The translations under genes were made by a program, and so were the position numbers. From assembly GCA_965223345.1 (NCBI GenBank), contig CBDCWG010000007.1:224001-288000 (forward strand): a stretch of DNA of 64,000 bases, read 5' to 3'. A model generated the notes under the pieces. The model saw only the letters and a program-made list of their open reading frames with translations. It was not told the origin of the DNA and made no database searches. The stretch comes from Nitrospinales bacterium (GTDB lineage: Bacteria > Nitrospinota > Nitrospinia > Nitrospinales > VA-1). Below, piece after piece: positions 44,120 through 54,680 of the stretch; positions within the stretch are counted from its first letter, which is position 1; every line of letters starts with the position of its first letter.

Positions 44120-44518
44120 ATGGGTGAGGACATGGATACGGAAGGGGAAGGATTCGTCATCAAAGACAAGCGTTCCTCGCAGATTTCCGAGGACGAAGCG
44201 GCGTCGCAGAAGGAACCCGAGCGGCCGAAAGAGCCCGAAGCAGAGCCCGCCGCTGCCGCAGAGGGGCAGAATTTCCAGATCGATTTTTCCACCTTCGTGC
44301 TTTCCCTCACCTCATCGGCGTTTTACCACCTGGGCGACATGCCCGACCCCACCACCGGCAAGACGGAGACCAACCTCCCCGCGGTGCAGCAGACCATCGA
44401 CATGCTGATGATGCTCAAGGAAAAAACCCAGGGCAACCTCACGGCGGACGAAGGCAAGCTGCTCGACCAGCTCATTTATGAATTGCAGATGAAATACATC
44501 GAAAAAACCAAAAAGTAA
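44120..44518 (+). CDS. DUF1844-family protein
   Basis: F..FV.SL...A..HLG..P.P, ID.L..L.EKT.GNL..E. Confidence 0.88.
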   Translation: MGEDMDTEGEGFVIKDKRSSQISEDEAASQKEPERPKEPEAEPAAAAEGQNFQIDFSTFVLSLTSSAFYHLGDMPDPTTGKTETNLPAVQQTIDMLMMLKEKTQGNLTADEGKLLDQLIYELQMKYIEKTKK

Positions 44519-44568
44519 TCCCCCCGCCCTTTCCAGGCCTTTCCTTTACAGACTCCCTCTTTTTTGGA

Positions 44569-45630
44569 TCAGTAGATTAGCAGGAACGTGAGGTGGTACA
44601 CGATCAACACCACCAGCAGCGAAGACAGGACGATGTGCGAGCCGAGCCACCAGCGCAATAGCCATTGCAGGCTGTGATGGATGTCGAGCTGGTGCTTTTC
44701 GATGCACAGGCTGCGGACGGTGTCGAGCACCCGGCGTTCTTCTTTTTTCAGGAACAGGGTGACGGTGTCGAATTTGTGGTTGAAGCCGGTGTTGCCGAGG
44801 TATCCGGAAAACAGCAGCGACCACTGGAAGCAGGTTCCCTTGAAATGCGGGAACACCTCCTGTTCGCAGAATCCCGACAGGGTGCGGGAAAGAAGGTTTC
44901 TCGATTTCAGATCGTCCAGCAGGGAACGGATGTCCTCTTTCAGCCGCTCGACGCGCTGGGGGATGTTTTCGTACACCGCTTCGCGGTCGAGGCTGGAGAG
45001 CTTGAGAGGAATCCACTTCTGCAACACTAGCCCGCCGATGGAGGTCAAAAGCAGGAACACCACGGTGTAGAACAGCACGTTGGAGAACAGTCCGACAGGC
45101 GGCTGGAAGTTGATGTGGGACAATAGAATGAGGGCGGTGGCGAAACCCGCATAGATGTGAAACTGGCGCCAGTTTTTCGAATAGCCCAGAGCCGGGAACA
45201 TCGCCAGCTTCTTTCGGAGGCTGTACAATGCGCAGATGAGCACCAGCCCCACCATGAGCGAGCCGGTGATGAATTTTTCGGTTTCAAAGTCCAGCCGCCG
45301 GTCGATGGCGAAATAAGCGGAAAAGATCATCTGCAGGCAGGCCAGCGCAACGATGCCGTAAAAATGGCCCTGCGGCAGCAGGCCGCGGTTGAGCCGCGCA
45401 AACAGGAACAGATACGCGCCGAGAAAAAACTGCACGTGTGCGCCGCGCACGTCCACGCCCTCGAATTCATTCGCGATCAGCGCCACCGTCAGGCAGAGCA
45501 ACAGCCACAATCCCCAGCGCTTGACCGTGCCATACAGGGAAAGCCGGGGCCGGGCGGAAGCGGCGTGCGCGCCCCAGGTTTCCTTGAAGGAAACGGGGCT
45601 CGGGTTGTGCGGTTTGAGGGTGGCTTTCAT
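44569..45630 (-). CDS. Polytopic membrane protein, putative di-heme b
   Basis: Two TM helices each with His-X13-His (HIYAGFATALILLSH; HIVLSSLLVVLIVYH). Confidence 0.7.
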   Translation of the reverse strand: MKATLKPHNPSPVSFKETWGAHAASARPRLSLYGTVKRWGLWLLLCLTVALIANEFEGVDVRGAHVQFFLGAYLFLFARLNRGLLPQGHFYGIVALACLQMIFSAYFAIDRRLDFETEKFITGSLMVGLVLICALYSLRKKLAMFPALGYSKNWRQFHIYAGFATALILLSHINFQPPVGLFSNVLFYTVVFLLLTSIGGLVLQKWIPLKLSSLDREAVYENIPQRVERLKEDIRSLLDDLKSRNLLSRTLSGFCEQEVFPHFKGTCFQWSLLFSGYLGNTGFNHKFDTVTLFLKKEERRVLDTVRSLCIEKHQLDIHHSLQWLLRWWLGSHIVLSSLLVVLIVYHLTFLLIY

Positions 45631-45658
45631 CGTCTTTCTAAAAATCGCATCGTCGGGT

Positions 45659-48256
45659 TCACGGAGCGCCGGCCTGGCCGCGGCGGAAGATATCTTCGAA
45701 GGACAGCCGGTGCAGCGCGTCGGTGGGACAGGCGCGCACGCAGGCGGGGCTGCCGGTCTCCACACACAGGTCGCATTTCATCGCCTTGACCGCCGGTTCG
45801 CCGCCGGCTCCCACGGTCTTGTACTCGACGGCTCCGTCTTTGGCTATGGTTTCGGCCACCGGCAGCGAGACGATGTTGTCGTACACGCAGTTTTCCTGGC
45901 ACAGCGTGCAGCCGACGCAGGTGTCCAGATTGATCAGCACTTCGCCCTTTTCGTGGGCGCGGTACAGCGCGCCGCTCGGGCAGCCCACCATGCAGATCGG
46001 ATCCTGGCAGTGCATGCAGGCGTGCGGGAACAACAGATTGCCGAATTTGCTGCCTTCGCGCACGAAGCGCGGGTAGCCCTCGTGCGAATCGGCGCAGGCC
46101 TGAACGCAGTCGTCGCAGCGGGTGCAGCGGTCGAGGTTGATGACCATGATGCTCTGGCCGTTGAGCAGCTGGTTCTCGATGCCGTAGTTGAGCAGCGAGC
46201 GTTGCCCCACCTGGGTGTCCAGCGATTCGATGACTTCGTTGCGGAACCGGGCGGCCCAGGTGATCTTCTCGCGCAGCGGTTCGACCGCCATCAGCTTTTC
46301 GAGCAATGCGGGTTCCAGCCGGATCACCTGCACGTTGTTGTCGGCGGTGGCGGAATACGGAATCGGAGCGCCTTCGGCGAGCGGCGTCGTGCCCAGCACG
46401 TCGCCCTTTTCCAGGTAGTCGAAATTCAATTCCTTTTCCTGCATCTGTTTCGACAGGCGCACGAATCCGGCCAGGATCACGTAAAAAGACGGGTCGCTTT
46501 CGGTTTCCTCCAGAATCCGGTCGCCGGGTTTGAAGGAAAGCAACCCCGCTCTCTGGATGATCTCGTTCAACAGCTCCGGCTCGCACTCGGCGAACAGCTC
46601 GGCGTTTTTCAGGTAGCGCGACAGGCTCTGCTGGCGGAAGTGGTTCTCGATAAACTTCTGCACGTTGCGGCTGATTTTCGAAAGCCCCCTCAGCGCCTGT
46701 ATCTTGATCTCCAGCACGTGCACGGGCGCTTTCGCGGCCGGATCGCTGGTGACGGTGGCGGTGCGGTGCGAGCGGAACAGCACGGACAGCTCGCCGATCA
46801 GCTCTCCGGGTCCGAGCGTCGCCATCTTGTCGGGCGCCACCGGATCTCCCTTCTGGTTGCGCACGGTTTCCGGAAGAAAGAACGGGTGTTTCGAATAACC
46901 TTCGCGGTCGCAGCCGAACGGTTCCAACGAATCGGCCCTGGAAAATTTCACGTCTTTGGTGGTGATCAATTCGTGGCCTCGGCGGTTTCTCCCCATCCAA
47001 GCCTTTAGACGCTCAAAGACCGAACGCTTTTTCTGCGGCTTTCTGCCCAGCTGGCTCAGATCCAGCGGTTCGAGATACATGCGGGCGCGGCCGTCGAGGA
47101 TGAAAAACGCCGAGTCGCCGTACTCCCCTTCCCGCACGATCACCTCTCCGGGGGCGTAGCGCCGGTGCACGATGTGCGGCAACAGCGCTTCCAGCTTGAT
47201 GGCGCACAGATCCTTGAACAGATCGATCGCATGCACCTCTTCCAGGGTCGCGGCGTGCAGCGGTTTCGCTGCGACCGCAGGGAGAAACGCCTCCTTGTGG
47301 CAGCGGGACGCGGGAACGCCCTGCGCCTTGGCGCAGTCGAGCGCCCTGTCCATGAGCGATTCCGGACCGCAGGTATAAACGGCGACGTCTTCTTTCAGAA
47401 CGGTCAGCGACTGCTCGATAGCTTTTTCGTGAATTCGGCCGGTTTCGCCTTTCCAGCCCGGCCGCGGGTCGCTGAGAAACAGGCGCAGGACGAAATTGGG
47501 GTTCTGTCTTTCCAGATCCTCCAGTTCCTTCAGGAAGATGATGTCTTCCTGGCTGCGGGCTCCGTAGAGCAGGATGATTTTCCCCGGCGATCCGGCGGCG
47601 GTGCGGGAACGGATCATGCTCATCAGCGGCGTGATGCCGACGCCGCCGCCAACCAGCAGCACGTCTTCCCGGGAATCCGCATCGAGCGTGAACCCGCCGC
47701 GGGGCCGCTTGAGGTGCACCGGGTCTCCTTCTTTTAAATTCAGAAAGAGATGGTTGCTGACCCGCCCCTGCGGTTTGCGTTTGACGGTGATCTCCAGATA
47801 GTCTTTCTCGAAACTCGACGAGGAAATGGAGTAGCAGCGGTGACTTTTGCGTTCATCGATGTGGGCAGCCAGGGTGACGAACTGGCCGGGCAGAAAATCG
47901 AACGCCGCCTCCTTCTCTTCCAGCACCAGGTGGTACGACTGCACATCGGGCGTCCGCGGGATCACGCGCACCACGCGCGCCGGCCATTCCTTTTCTTCAT
48001 AGGTGGTGTGGCACACCAGATCCGACCGGGGATGGGACACGCAGGCCAGCACCGTTTCACTCTCATCCTTGCAGACGGTCTCGGACTTGCCTTCGACCTC
48101 TCCCTCGATGCGGCGGATCGTGCAGGTACCGCAATCGCCTTTGCGGCAGCTGTAGGGAATCTCGATCCCTGCCCTTTCCGAGGCTTCGAGGATGGTCATC
48201 CCCTTCGGAACCTGGATGGTCTTTTGAATGTCGTGAAACAGGATCTGATACGACAC
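45659..48256 (-). CDS. Fusion: 2Fe-2S ferredoxin + FAD/NAD(P) reductase (FNR-like) + 2 cNMP-binding domains + 4x[4Fe-4S] (DmsB/NrfC-like)
   Basis: CRKGDCGTC; RCYSISS, GGGVGITP, CGP..EAF; REGEYGD..F.I..G, GE...RTATV; four ferredoxin-type Cys motifs. Confidence 0.88.
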   Translation of the reverse strand: MSYQILFHDIQKTIQVPKGMTILEASERAGIEIPYSCRKGDCGTCTIRRIEGEVEGKSETVCKDESETVLACVSHPRSDLVCHTTYEEKEWPARVVRVIPRTPDVQSYHLVLEEKEAAFDFLPGQFVTLAAHIDERKSHRCYSISSSSFEKDYLEITVKRKPQGRVSNHLFLNLKEGDPVHLKRPRGGFTLDADSREDVLLVGGGVGITPLMSMIRSRTAAGSPGKIILLYGARSQEDIIFLKELEDLERQNPNFVLRLFLSDPRPGWKGETGRIHEKAIEQSLTVLKEDVAVYTCGPESLMDRALDCAKAQGVPASRCHKEAFLPAVAAKPLHAATLEEVHAIDLFKDLCAIKLEALLPHIVHRRYAPGEVIVREGEYGDSAFFILDGRARMYLEPLDLSQLGRKPQKKRSVFERLKAWMGRNRRGHELITTKDVKFSRADSLEPFGCDREGYSKHPFFLPETVRNQKGDPVAPDKMATLGPGELIGELSVLFRSHRTATVTSDPAAKAPVHVLEIKIQALRGLSKISRNVQKFIENHFRQQSLSRYLKNAELFAECEPELLNEIIQRAGLLSFKPGDRILEETESDPSFYVILAGFVRLSKQMQEKELNFDYLEKGDVLGTTPLAEGAPIPYSATADNNVQVIRLEPALLEKLMAVEPLREKITWAARFRNEVIESLDTQVGQRSLLNYGIENQLLNGQSIMVINLDRCTRCDDCVQACADSHEGYPRFVREGSKFGNLLFPHACMHCQDPICMVGCPSGALYRAHEKGEVLINLDTCVGCTLCQENCVYDNIVSLPVAETIAKDGAVEYKTVGAGGEPAVKAMKCDLCVETGSPACVRACPTDALHRLSFEDIFRRGQAGAP

Positions 48257-48296
48257 GGAAAACCCTTATTGAACTCGATGGCCCCTGTGCAACCCT

Positions 48297-49625
48297 TCAG
48301 CGGGTTGCGGGCGTTTCCTTTTTGCTGCCGGATGCGATCAGCGTCGAGAGCTTGGCCGGATCCGGTTTTTTATGAAACAGATGGCACTGGGTGCAATCGT
48401 TCCGCACGCTGCGCTTGTTGTGACAGTTGAAGCAGTGTTTTTTCTCCACTAGGACGTTTCTGTCCTCCAGGCTGCCGCTCTCTAAGATCGATTCGTGGCA
48501 TTGTTCGCACCCCACCCGGGCGTGCTTTTTGTGCGGGAAGATTTTGTTCGATGCGGAATCGGCGTGCGGCAGCACCGGCGTCAGGGAAACCGCCGCCGTG
48601 ACCGCAAGTTTCCGGTCCTTCGGGGGCTTGGCATCCAGATCGGCGACGGTGTGGCACTTCAGGCAGTTGAGCGTCGCGCCTTTGCGGCCCTGCGACAGGA
48701 TATCCCGCACCTGATCGGCGGAGACCCCTTCCTTGGAAAACCAGAACTTCAGATAGGGGTCCTTGTGCACGGGCACGTACTTGAACGCGGCAGGCCGCCG
48801 CCGGCGCTTGCTGCCCTTGCGGTACTCGAAGCGGGACAAAAACGTGTCGAAGGATTCGACGCCGAAGTTTTCCACCACATCCTTGATGGAGTGCGACAGC
48901 TCTTCGGCTTTTTCGGCTGTGAAGACCTGTGTGAGCATCAATTCCTGATGCGGGTGGCATTCCCTGCAGTCGGTTGCGAAATCGATCGATTTGAAATCGA
49001 GAAACCCCTGACCGGAATCGAGCTGGTGGCACAGGACGCATTCCTTCTCGAACTGCCGGTTCATCTTCTCGGCGTAGCGCTCGTTTTTCTGGTGCGTCTT
49101 GTGGCTGAACTGCAATCCGATGCCCTGCATGTTCTGGGGCTCCATCTTCCTGGGGTTGAAACCGGGATGGTCGCGGTCCGCGTCATGAATGGCGTGACAG
49201 TCGCGGCAGGCCCGGTCGGCAACCCGGCTGAGCCGCACTTCCCGGCCCCGGTGCTCGATATGACAGTCCACGCAGTAACGCTGCTTTATCTTTCTCTCTT
49301 TGACGTCCGGTTTTCTGTGGCTGTCCACATGAAACTTGAGCGGCTTGTCGTCGATGTGGCAGCGAATGCACTGCGCTTCCATGTCCGCCTCGCTGCGGGT
49401 CCAGTTTTGCGTGTGACAGGTATTGCACTGGCTGCCCAGCGTGGCGTGGGATGAGGAGAGCGGCCCCTCTCCCGCGAAAAAATTGGTCCCGGCGAACAGA
49501 TCGAGACCGAAGAAGATCAGGCTGATGAAGACGATGGATAAAATGGATTTCAGCAATCGCGGCGACTTGCGCGGCGGATTGTAGCGGTTGGGATAGCGTG
49601 CGTTGTTTTTTTTGTCGAAAGGCAT
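48297..49625 (-). CDS. Membrane-anchored decaheme cytochrome c
   Basis: 10 CxxCH counted; N-terminal TM helix; c3-like FSHKTH and FPHKKH. Confidence 0.9.
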   Translation of the reverse strand: MPFDKKNNARYPNRYNPPRKSPRLLKSILSIVFISLIFFGLDLFAGTNFFAGEGPLSSSHATLGSQCNTCHTQNWTRSEADMEAQCIRCHIDDKPLKFHVDSHRKPDVKERKIKQRYCVDCHIEHRGREVRLSRVADRACRDCHAIHDADRDHPGFNPRKMEPQNMQGIGLQFSHKTHQKNERYAEKMNRQFEKECVLCHQLDSGQGFLDFKSIDFATDCRECHPHQELMLTQVFTAEKAEELSHSIKDVVENFGVESFDTFLSRFEYRKGSKRRRRPAAFKYVPVHKDPYLKFWFSKEGVSADQVRDILSQGRKGATLNCLKCHTVADLDAKPPKDRKLAVTAAVSLTPVLPHADSASNKIFPHKKHARVGCEQCHESILESGSLEDRNVLVEKKHCFNCHNKRSVRNDCTQCHLFHKKPDPAKLSTLIASGSKKETPATR

Positions 49626-49963
49626 GACCGGCCTGCGCTGATGCGATTGCTCTTATAGAAATACCGCCCTCCGTGCTGCCCGATTCCCCCGGACCTCTCA
49701 GCAAGGAAATCCACTTTCTATATTTATAAGATCATATATAAATTGGTTTTATTTCGATTGAATCTTTTCCGGACTTCAAATTCTACACAAAATTTCTGAA
49801 AAATAATATTTACATTTACATCTTTTTTTCGGCAAAAAAAATCACCGGTTCGGCATGCCGCAATCCCACGCCGACGCATCCCGCAGGCGATGCAAGCGCA
49901 CGCGCCGCAAACGGGTCCAACTGCAAAAACCAGAGGGGTTTTGATCCCGAACCGCTTAAGGGT

Positions 49964-50947
49964 TCATTCTTTCTTGATGCGAACGTAGTCTTTTTCTTCG
50001 GGAAACGGAAACACAGCCAGCTGCGCCGCGGTGTACGGCTGCCTGTCGAAATCCTCGACATAGGCCTTGACCGCCTGCTTCACCGGCTCGCTCAGGGCAC
50101 CGGCCTGCCCTGGGTCCGCAACGACCTTACCGACGAGTTCGATCAGGTTTTTCAGGTTCTCGGATGGCAGGGTATTCTGAATCGTCTGCAAAGCTTTGTA
50201 GCACTGCTGCAACATCGTCTGGTTCTTTTTGAAAAATTCGCTGCCGGGGGTGGCTTCGGCCAGCCTCAGGATCGCGAACTGAACATGGAACGCTTTGTCC
50301 ACGACCCAGATCTTGCCGATCTTGTGGGTCATCTTGTTTTCCAGGTCCCCCTCTTCCTTATCCTTCTTGCTCCACACCCAGTGCTTAAAGTCGCCCTGGC
50401 TGTAGCGGATCAGATCGAATTTCTCGCCGATCTTGTGCCCGGCGGCGAAGTACTCCTCGCCCACTCCCCGGTGACAGTTGAAACAGTCTTTCGACCACTG
50501 GTACAGATCGCGGGTGGGACGCATGCCCTTGTCCACCGCCTCGGCGATCTTTCCCTTTTTGTCGTGGACTTCGAGCCAGTCTTCGGCGGGATTGTGGCAG
50601 GTCTCGCAGATCACCCCGAACAGGCCTTTCTCTTCCTCGGTCAGCTTGGGATAGTTGGAGGCGACTTCCGTGCCGTGGCAGCGGATGCATTTCTCGTCTT
50701 CAAAATGATCGGCGACGTTCATCTTGTCGGCGATCTTCTGGCCTTCCTCTTCATACTTTTCGTTGAAAAAGGTCTCGTGCGGGTGTTTGAGCAGTTGATC
50801 GAAGATGTTCGAATGGCAATTGGAATCCGAGCATTGCTTGGGGCCGACGATCTTGTTTTCGGCGAACGCCGGAGAAGCCAGCATCATCAGAAACAGGAAA
50901 ACCACAACGCTCTGCAGCACAATCAGGATCCGTGTTGCCATCATCAA
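49964..50947 (-). CDS. Periplasmic tetraheme cytochrome c (c554-like) with one CX4CH site
   Basis: Signal peptide; CSDSNCH, CIRCH, CETCH, CFNCH. Confidence 0.82.
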   Translation of the reverse strand: MMMATRILIVLQSVVVFLFLMMLASPAFAENKIVGPKQCSDSNCHSNIFDQLLKHPHETFFNEKYEEEGQKIADKMNVADHFEDEKCIRCHGTEVASNYPKLTEEEKGLFGVICETCHNPAEDWLEVHDKKGKIAEAVDKGMRPTRDLYQWSKDCFNCHRGVGEEYFAAGHKIGEKFDLIRYSQGDFKHWVWSKKDKEEGDLENKMTHKIGKIWVVDKAFHVQFAILRLAEATPGSEFFKKNQTMLQQCYKALQTIQNTLPSENLKNLIELVGKVVADPGQAGALSEPVKQAVKAYVEDFDRQPYTAAQLAVFPFPEEKDYVRIKKE

Positions 50948-51066
50948 TCGGTCCTCCTTTCCTTCACGAGTTGTTCATTAACAGAAAGAATCGACGGGAA
51001 AGCTTGATCGCTGCTTCGGCCTGGGCGGACACTCTTAGTAAGACCGCTGGCCGTATGAATTCTTCC

Positions 51067-52689
51067 CTAAAACTTGAACCGCATTTCGATAAAACTGCCC
51101 CAATCCTCACTCCTCACTTCATTGTGCACCCCCACGAACTTCGAGATCATCGACAGGTGATTGCTGATGATGTACTGAATTTCGGTGCCGAACGCGTACT
51201 GATCGTTGGACACGGCGGAGCGGTCGATCAGATAGGAAAACTCGGGATTGACGGTGAGGATCTCCCGCAGGAAAAACAGCTTCAGGCCGATCGTGGCGCC
51301 GATCGAATCGGTGCCTGTGTTTCTAAGCAGCGGGAAGTTGGTCAGCCCGTTGCCGCGGAAAAGGATGCCCGCCCGCCCGGTCCGGCCCTGGGCGATGTCG
51401 TTCCAGCCTTCGGTGCCGAAAAACGCCGTGGAGTAGATGTAGTTCTTGTCGTAGTAATCCGAGATCAAAAACGGATGGTTCACGTCGAGGACGTAGAGCT
51501 GGCCGTCGCCCTGTCCGTCGCCGGTGAGGCGGTCGTCGTTGGCGTTGAACATCGCCCGCGCCGCGTAGTTGAACAACCCGTAACTGGAAACGAAGGACGC
51601 CGCGAAAAACTGCTGCGACAGGTCGCTGTCGTTGTTGTTCTGCAGGTGAAAGAAGTTGAACTCCATGAACTTCTTGTACGCATCGACCTGCAGCGTCAGG
51701 CCGTACAGATCGGTGTCGTTTTTTTCCGGGGCGCCCGCGCGCTGCGCGTTGATCTCGTCGATGGCGGCAATGGCCTGCACATGCACGCGCGTGGTTCCGG
51801 GCAGCACGATGTTGGGCTTGGAGAGCACCAGCCCCAGCACGTTGTCGTCGAGCAGAAAACTGTTCTGGTAGACGAGCGGAATGAGGCCCACCGCGATGTG
51901 CACATCGTCGGGGAAGTGATCGCCCGGGGAAAGAAAGTCGAACATCTCGCCGATCTCACCCTCGAACCAGGCGAACACCGAGTCTTCGGTGAGTTCGAAA
52001 CGGTGATCCGGCTCGCCCGAGTTGTTGTGGAAGCGGTAGAGACCGGAAGCCTGCGGCTCGTCGATATCCACAAAAGGCTGGTAGCGCACATGAAAGCGTT
52101 CGGTGTTGGTGAGATCGAAGTTGAAATCGAGGTTGAGGTTGTAGCCCAGCTGCCCCTGGTTCTCGCCGTCGATGCGGCCGCCGTAGAGAATGGTGCTGAT
52201 GAACCCGTACAACTGGGCGCGCGGGCGGATGGCGTTGCCCTCCTCGCCGAACCATTTGAGCCCGTAATCCTTGAGCGGTCCGGTGCCGAGATAGGGTTCT
52301 CCCAGAGTGAGGGCGCGGTTGTCGAAATCCAGGGCCCGCTTGCGCACGCCGTGCTTTTCGCGCTTGCCCTCTTCCGCCTGCATTTTATGCGGTTCTCTGG
52401 CAGCGTCCTCCTTTTCCTCAGCCGCATCCGGCCCGCCTGCGGCGTCGGCCTGAGCCACCGTCGCGTTGTCCGCCGTCTCGGGTGAAGAATCCTCTCCGAG
52501 CCGCTCCGAATCCCAATGCGGCACGATCTCCACCTCGCTGCTTTGCGCGAGCACTCTGTTTTCAAGGAACACGACGGATTGCGGATTCGCGAAAACGGTG
52601 CCGGATGACAACAACAGCCCGGCGACCGCCCAGGCCCCCCAGCGAACCCTCTTCACCGCCCGAGGCGTCCCAAATAGATTATTGAACAA
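51067..52689 (-). CDS. Putative outer-membrane beta-barrel (porin-like)
   Basis: Signal peptide, acidic linker, alternating amphipathic strands, C-terminal IEMRFKF. Confidence 0.72.
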   Translation of the reverse strand: MFNNLFGTPRAVKRVRWGAWAVAGLLLSSGTVFANPQSVVFLENRVLAQSSEVEIVPHWDSERLGEDSSPETADNATVAQADAAGGPDAAEEKEDAAREPHKMQAEEGKREKHGVRKRALDFDNRALTLGEPYLGTGPLKDYGLKWFGEEGNAIRPRAQLYGFISTILYGGRIDGENQGQLGYNLNLDFNFDLTNTERFHVRYQPFVDIDEPQASGLYRFHNNSGEPDHRFELTEDSVFAWFEGEIGEMFDFLSPGDHFPDDVHIAVGLIPLVYQNSFLLDDNVLGLVLSKPNIVLPGTTRVHVQAIAAIDEINAQRAGAPEKNDTDLYGLTLQVDAYKKFMEFNFFHLQNNNDSDLSQQFFAASFVSSYGLFNYAARAMFNANDDRLTGDGQGDGQLYVLDVNHPFLISDYYDKNYIYSTAFFGTEGWNDIAQGRTGRAGILFRGNGLTNFPLLRNTGTDSIGATIGLKLFFLREILTVNPEFSYLIDRSAVSNDQYAFGTEIQYIISNHLSMISKFVGVHNEVRSEDWGSFIEMRFKF

Positions 52690-54360
52690 GAACTCTGAAC
52701 TCCTTCGAACTCAACTCGACGATTTCCAACTGAGGGATGAACTCATGCGCCTCAATCTGCTTGAGCAATATAGGGGCAAAATGACGAAAATTCAATTTTA
52801 CTGACACATCATAATATTTCGAATTTCCATACGTGTCGCTGGAGTAGTCCTTAGACCGCGATTGCAAAGGCAGCAGGCTGTTTTTCTGCTGGCGGGACTG
52901 GGTCGGACCGTTGAAGGAAGCGGACAGAAACGGCGCCGGACGGCTGAACGCGAAATTGTCCACATCCCGCGCGACCGGGAAATGATCCGGGCGTTCGGTG
53001 CCGGCAACGGTTTGCAGTTGGAACTTGGTTTGCAGGTTGAACAGATCGTGATCGTAGGGGACCTTGCCCTGCAGCACGTCCATGCTCTTGTTGTCGCGCA
53101 GGTCGCCGTTGGAATCGAGATCGCCGCTCTGGTACACGATGCGGCCCTTATCGTCCCTGAACGTCACGGCGAGCCACACCTGCCGTTCGGCGCTGAAGCC
53201 TGCGGGAAACGCGTGGCCGCTCATCTTGTTCTTGACCGTCACGCTGATATCGAGATCGTCGCCTTTCTCGATGGATTTGGGGACCTTCACGCTCATCTCG
53301 GCGGCGTTTTTAAGCAGCTCCATGCGCTTTTCGCGCGCCGTTGCGAGCAGTTCGTCGCTTTTTTTCAGCAGCGCCTCAAAGCGTTTGTACTTTCTCTTGT
53401 CGAGGCGGTTGAGCTTCTTGCCGGATTTCATCTTCTCATGCACCCGCTCGAGCCACGGGTAAAAGTTGGGATCGTCCATCAGCACCGGCCACTCGTTCGG
53501 GCGGATGGGAAACTGGGACACCGGCAGCACCGAATAATCCGGCCCGGCGAAGGAGTGGTCGCTCAGGGTGCGCTCGGGGAACTTCTTGCCCTTGATCACC
53601 GCGATGGGGCCCTTGGCCCTCGGGCTTTTGACGCCCTGCTCCGTGCCCATGTGGCAGTCCTGGCAGGAGACGCCTTCGCGCGCGGCGGGGCTGTTGCGGT
53701 ACTCGGTGAACAGGTCTTCGAGGCGGAAACCGTCGGGCCCGGTCACATCGTGGCATTGCCCGCAGAACTCGGCCCGGCGGATGAACGGCAGCGCCTCGGC
53801 CTTGTGGGTTTCTTTATTGTCGCGGCCGATGGGCACCGGCTTGATCTTGTCGAAGGGGCCGTACACGTCGTCCTCGACGACGCCGGTTCGATCACCAGTT
53901 CACCGCGGCTGCGGCCGTGGCTGTTTTTGACGCGGTGGCAGACCACGCAGGTCACGCCTTCGAGGGAGATCTTCTTGCGCATTTCGGGAGGCAGTCCGGC
54001 CTTTTCCCCGATGGCGACCGAGATGGGCGAATGACAGCGCTCGCAAAACGTCCCCATGGTGCCGCTGGTTTTTTCCTGGATCACTTTGGCGAAGTTCACA
54101 AAAAATGGGCTGATCTGACCGTAGGCGTGGTTGGAGATACGCCATTGATCGAAATGTTTCGGGTGGCAGGTCTTGCACACCTGTGCCGAGGGATAGCCTT
54201 CCACCTCCGAATTGTCGTAGCCAAGGTCTTTGAACTCTTCGATGGTTTTGAATGTTGCGGGTTTGATTTCATCCGCGAAACCTGGGGATACAAGCATCGC
54301 CGTACCGGCCGAAATCAGAAGAATGCGGGACACCCAGCGGATGAGGCTTCTGTGTTTCAT
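52679..54360 (-). pseudogene. Pentaheme cytochrome c paralogue B, split by a 1-nt deletion (real or sequencing error)
   Basis: ORFs 53743-54360 and 52679-53866 together align with 54681-56444; TT at 53887-53888 versus TTT at 55949-55951. Confidence 0.88.
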
Positions 54361-54680
54361 GATCCGTTTCCTTTACCAGCTCTTGCGGATTGCAGGCAAT
54401 CCGGGGGTTCATGAGCCGACAAAGAAACCGATGCCTTGCGGGCAACACACAGAATACGATTTACCCAATGGGTAATTATGGCTCCCGGTCGTCGTGAGGC
54501 TTTTGATTCGACCCGGGATGGGTAACTGGAAGGTTATCAAAAGCTAAACCGAGGGCGGAGTCCCTTGCCGGCCAACAAGTTCTCTCAGCCTCTCTAGGTA
54601 TAACATTTCCAGTGAAAGATCAACGAAAACTTAATAACCTACGATATTTCAAACAAATAATTCGATGTGCATCTATTCAA

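Noticed and set aside
48297..52689. Calling the cluster mtrAB/pioAB
   Set aside because: The decaheme is TM-anchored with c3-like His motifs and irregular spacing, and the barrel (about 500 aa) is shorter than MtrB; no recognisable homology.
53860..53900. Programmed frameshift or phase variation in pentaheme B
   Set aside because: No slippery heptamer or long homopolymer; a 2-versus-3 base run fits an error or simple mutation better.
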